Positions 61,401-64,000 of a DNA stretch of 64,000 nucleotides are shown here, piece by piece. The stretch lies in the NCBI RefSeq assembly GCF_009914755.1, contig NC_060938.1; one strand, written 5' to 3'. The stretch's first letter is position 1. Every line of letters starts with the position of its first letter. A program made the position numbers and the translations under genes. This DNA comes from the human T2T-CHM13v2.0 reference genome, Homo sapiens. The notes below the pieces were generated by a model, which was given only the letters and a program-made list of their open reading frames with translations, was not told where the DNA came from and ran no database searches.

Positions 61401-62463
61401 CTGAGACCTCCTCACTGCACACAGCCAGGCACCCACCCAGGCACCCACCCCCTTCCGATGCCATCTGATAAGCAGGGACCTATTACTGCTCTGCTGGGAG
61501 CTGAGTCAGAGATGGGGCATACTGGGGGCTGGGGAATGATTACTTCTTTGTTTCCCCCTCTTATTTTATCCCTGGAAAGCCTGGATCAAACCAGGAGGTA
61601 GAGAGATTTCTTCAGTGGTGGGCCCTCCACAGGAAAGTCCCCACCATCCCTGTCCTCCCACCATCAGTAACCACACCATTCCTACCCAACTGCCTGATTG
61701 GGGATGAGGTCTGGGGCTCATGTACCTCTGCATCCCAAACAAATAGCTACTGTGCATTCCTGTAAGTCCTCTGGTTGAGAATCTGTAAACAGACTCATTG
61801 GTAAAGTCTTTCTTGGAAGCTGACCACATGACATGGGAATGTTCGTAGAAGATGCACGTAGTCACCATGAGGAGGGGAAAGAACCCAGTCATCCTATTGT
61901 TTTAGACAGGGCTTAACAAAAATGTCTATATAACAAAGCCTGCAAAAATTTAGAAGTGAAACATTTGTGGTTTGAGTTTTTGCGTCAAGGTCCACCACAC
62001 TTCCTGACAAGTCAGCTCCTTGTCTGGGTAGCCCTTGGATATCAGATCTTCAGGAGAAGCTACTGCCTCTTCAGGTCTGCAGGTTTCCAAATATCAAATT
62101 TCTAAAGCATACAATGCCCACAGTTTCACCACTTCCTTTGGTGTCAATGCATTTCATTTTGAGCAATGGCAAGAAAGGCCCCTATGAAATCTTGCTACCA
62201 CCACCAACAGGAAACATAGCAATCTGTAGCTATAGTCCCCTCATCTGGAGACTGGCCTTGGTAGGCTCACTTCATGCCTTCCTTGCTGGGTTTTGGAAGA
62301 TGTTGCAATTAACACAAGGAAAGAAGGCAAGCTCTTACCCCTCCTTCCCCTTCACTCAGTAGCAGCATGGTGGTTGCAGAAATAAAGCACTCAGTTGTTC
62401 TTTCTGCTTGCAATTGTTCAGATGCAAGGGGAAAAAGTAAAAACTGAAGCTTGCTATGACCTC

Positions 62464-62847
62464 TGTCTTAAACCATTTTGTGCAGCTATAAAAATTGCTG
62501 GGTAATTAATAAAGAACAGAAATTTATTTCTCACAGTTCTGGAGGCTGGGAAGTCCAAGATCAAGGTGCCAGCAGGCTTGGTGTCTGGAGAGGGCCACCC
62601 CCAGGATGGTACCTTACACATTACATCTTCCGGAGCAGGGGCAATCACTGTTCCTTACAGGACAGAAATGCAGAACAGAGGGAACCCACATCCACAAGCC
62701 CTTTTTAGACTGGCTTTAATCCACTCATGCTCCACCCTCATGACCTGAACACCTCCCAGTAAACCCCACCACCCAATGCTGTTGCATTGGGGATTAAGTT
62801 TCCAACACGTGAGTTTTGGAGGGAACAAAAACATTCTGACCATAGCA
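62464..62847 (-). mobile_element. MST-type MaLR solo LTR
   Basis: aaatttatttctcacagttctggaggctgggaagtccaagatcaagg...acattctgaccatagca. Confidence 0.8.
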
Positions 62848-63076
62848 GCCTCTCCCCAACTTTTACAAGAAGGCTGGCATCTGACGCATTTCATAGCCTG
62901 AGTATAAGATGAGGTAACGGAGGGCCCACATCACCTACATCCTGTAAAGCCTGAGGCTCACCAAACCACACAGGGGAGTATGAACACAGAGGACACCTCC
63001 CACTGTTGTTCTCTTGTCTCCTGACTCAAACAGCCCCTTCCTTTCAGCCCAAGACATTGAGCCATCCGGGGCTTGC

Positions 63077-63750
63077 TGTGGTATGATACAAAATAAATAT
63101 TTGGTCTTTGTCCCTGGTTCCTGACACAGCGCCTCAAAATCCTTGGAACTGATAGTCCTGTATGCTAATGAGATGAGTCATGGAGAGGCCCTAGATAGCT
63201 TCAGGATGGGGGCTGGTCACTAGAAAAATCAACCATGTGATTAGAGGATTAGAACTTTCAGCCCCACCTCCTCACTTCTGACCTTCAAGGAGAGGAAAGG
63301 GATTGGAGATAAAGTCCAATCACTAAATGACCAATGATTTCATCAATCATGCCTGCATAATTCAGACCTTGAGCAAGAAAGAGGTCAAAGCCTGAGTTAC
63401 TACCTTTAGTGAGCTTAATTTCCACGTAGGAAAGTAAGAGAAGCACAGCAGCAAAGCTGTGTTTAAAATCCCCGCCCCCGCCCTCCCACTCCCTGCAAAA
63501 ACACTCCTAAATGAAGTCAGATAAAAATCTCCCAAAAAAATCCTAAGTGAAATCAGATGCAGTGGCTGAAACGTAATTCCAGCTACTGGGGAGACTGAGG
63601 TGGGAGGATTGCTTAAGCCCAGGAATTTGAGGCCAGCCTGGGAAACATAGAGAGACCCTATATCTTTAAAAAATTTTGTTTTAATAAAAACAAGAATAAA
63701 ACCTAAATGACAGGGATTCAGAGAACTTCTGGGTTGAGAAAAACATTGCT
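63077..63750 (+). mobile_element. MER21-type LTR fragment containing a FLAM-like Alu monomer (~63555-63690)
   Basis: tatttggtctttgtccctggttcctgacacag...ccctagatagcttcaggatgggggctggtca. Confidence 0.7.
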
Positions 63751-63805
63751 TTAAGAGGCCAAGGTGAGAGAATCACCTGAGGCCAGGAGTTCAGGACCAG
63801 CCTCT

Positions 63806-64000
63806 AAGAGACGGGGGGGTCTCACTCTATTGCCCAGGCTGGAGTGCAGTGGCACAATCTCAGCTCACTGCAGCCTTGACCTCCTGGGCTCAGGTGATCC
63901 TCCTACCTCAGCCTCCTGAGTAGCTGAGACCACAGGCATGTGCCACCATGCCCAGCTAACTTTTTTTATTTTTAGTGGAGATAAGCTTTCACTGTGTTGC
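63806..64000 (-). mobile_element. AluJ (runs off the window end), abutting a short sense Alu fragment at ~63755-63803
   Basis: gagac...tctcactctattgcccaggctggagtgcagtggcac...gcagccttgacctcctgggctca. Confidence 0.8.

Overview
Human (primate) genomic DNA. Positions ~1-34.8 kb hold the 3' end of PCNX1 (pecanex 1) on the + strand. Eight GT-AG exons (7704-29309) splice in frame to 562 C-terminal residues ending ...LELGAEV*, followed by a ~5.4 kb AU-rich 3' UTR. The introns contain antisense L1s, a near full-length Tigger2, THE1, MER5 and many Alus. The downstream intergenic region (~35-64 kb) is dominated by nested endogenous retroviruses: an ancient ERVL provirus interrupted by an ERV1 element with inverted termini, a complete LTR7/HERV-H provirus, MER41B, LTR8 and LTR1. 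It ends with a CpG-rich unique segment carrying CTCF-like motifs. The most unusual signals are (1) a ~120 bp non-repeat inverted repeat in a PCNX1 intron, looping out a candidate stop-containing cryptic exon; (2) an open L1 ORF0 with a donor in frame with the downstream PCNX1 exons; (3) an ERV1 insertion whose two ends are both U5-type; and (4) a templated ~55 bp insertion inside an LTR. Repeat subfamily names come from recalled consensus sequences, not from a search.
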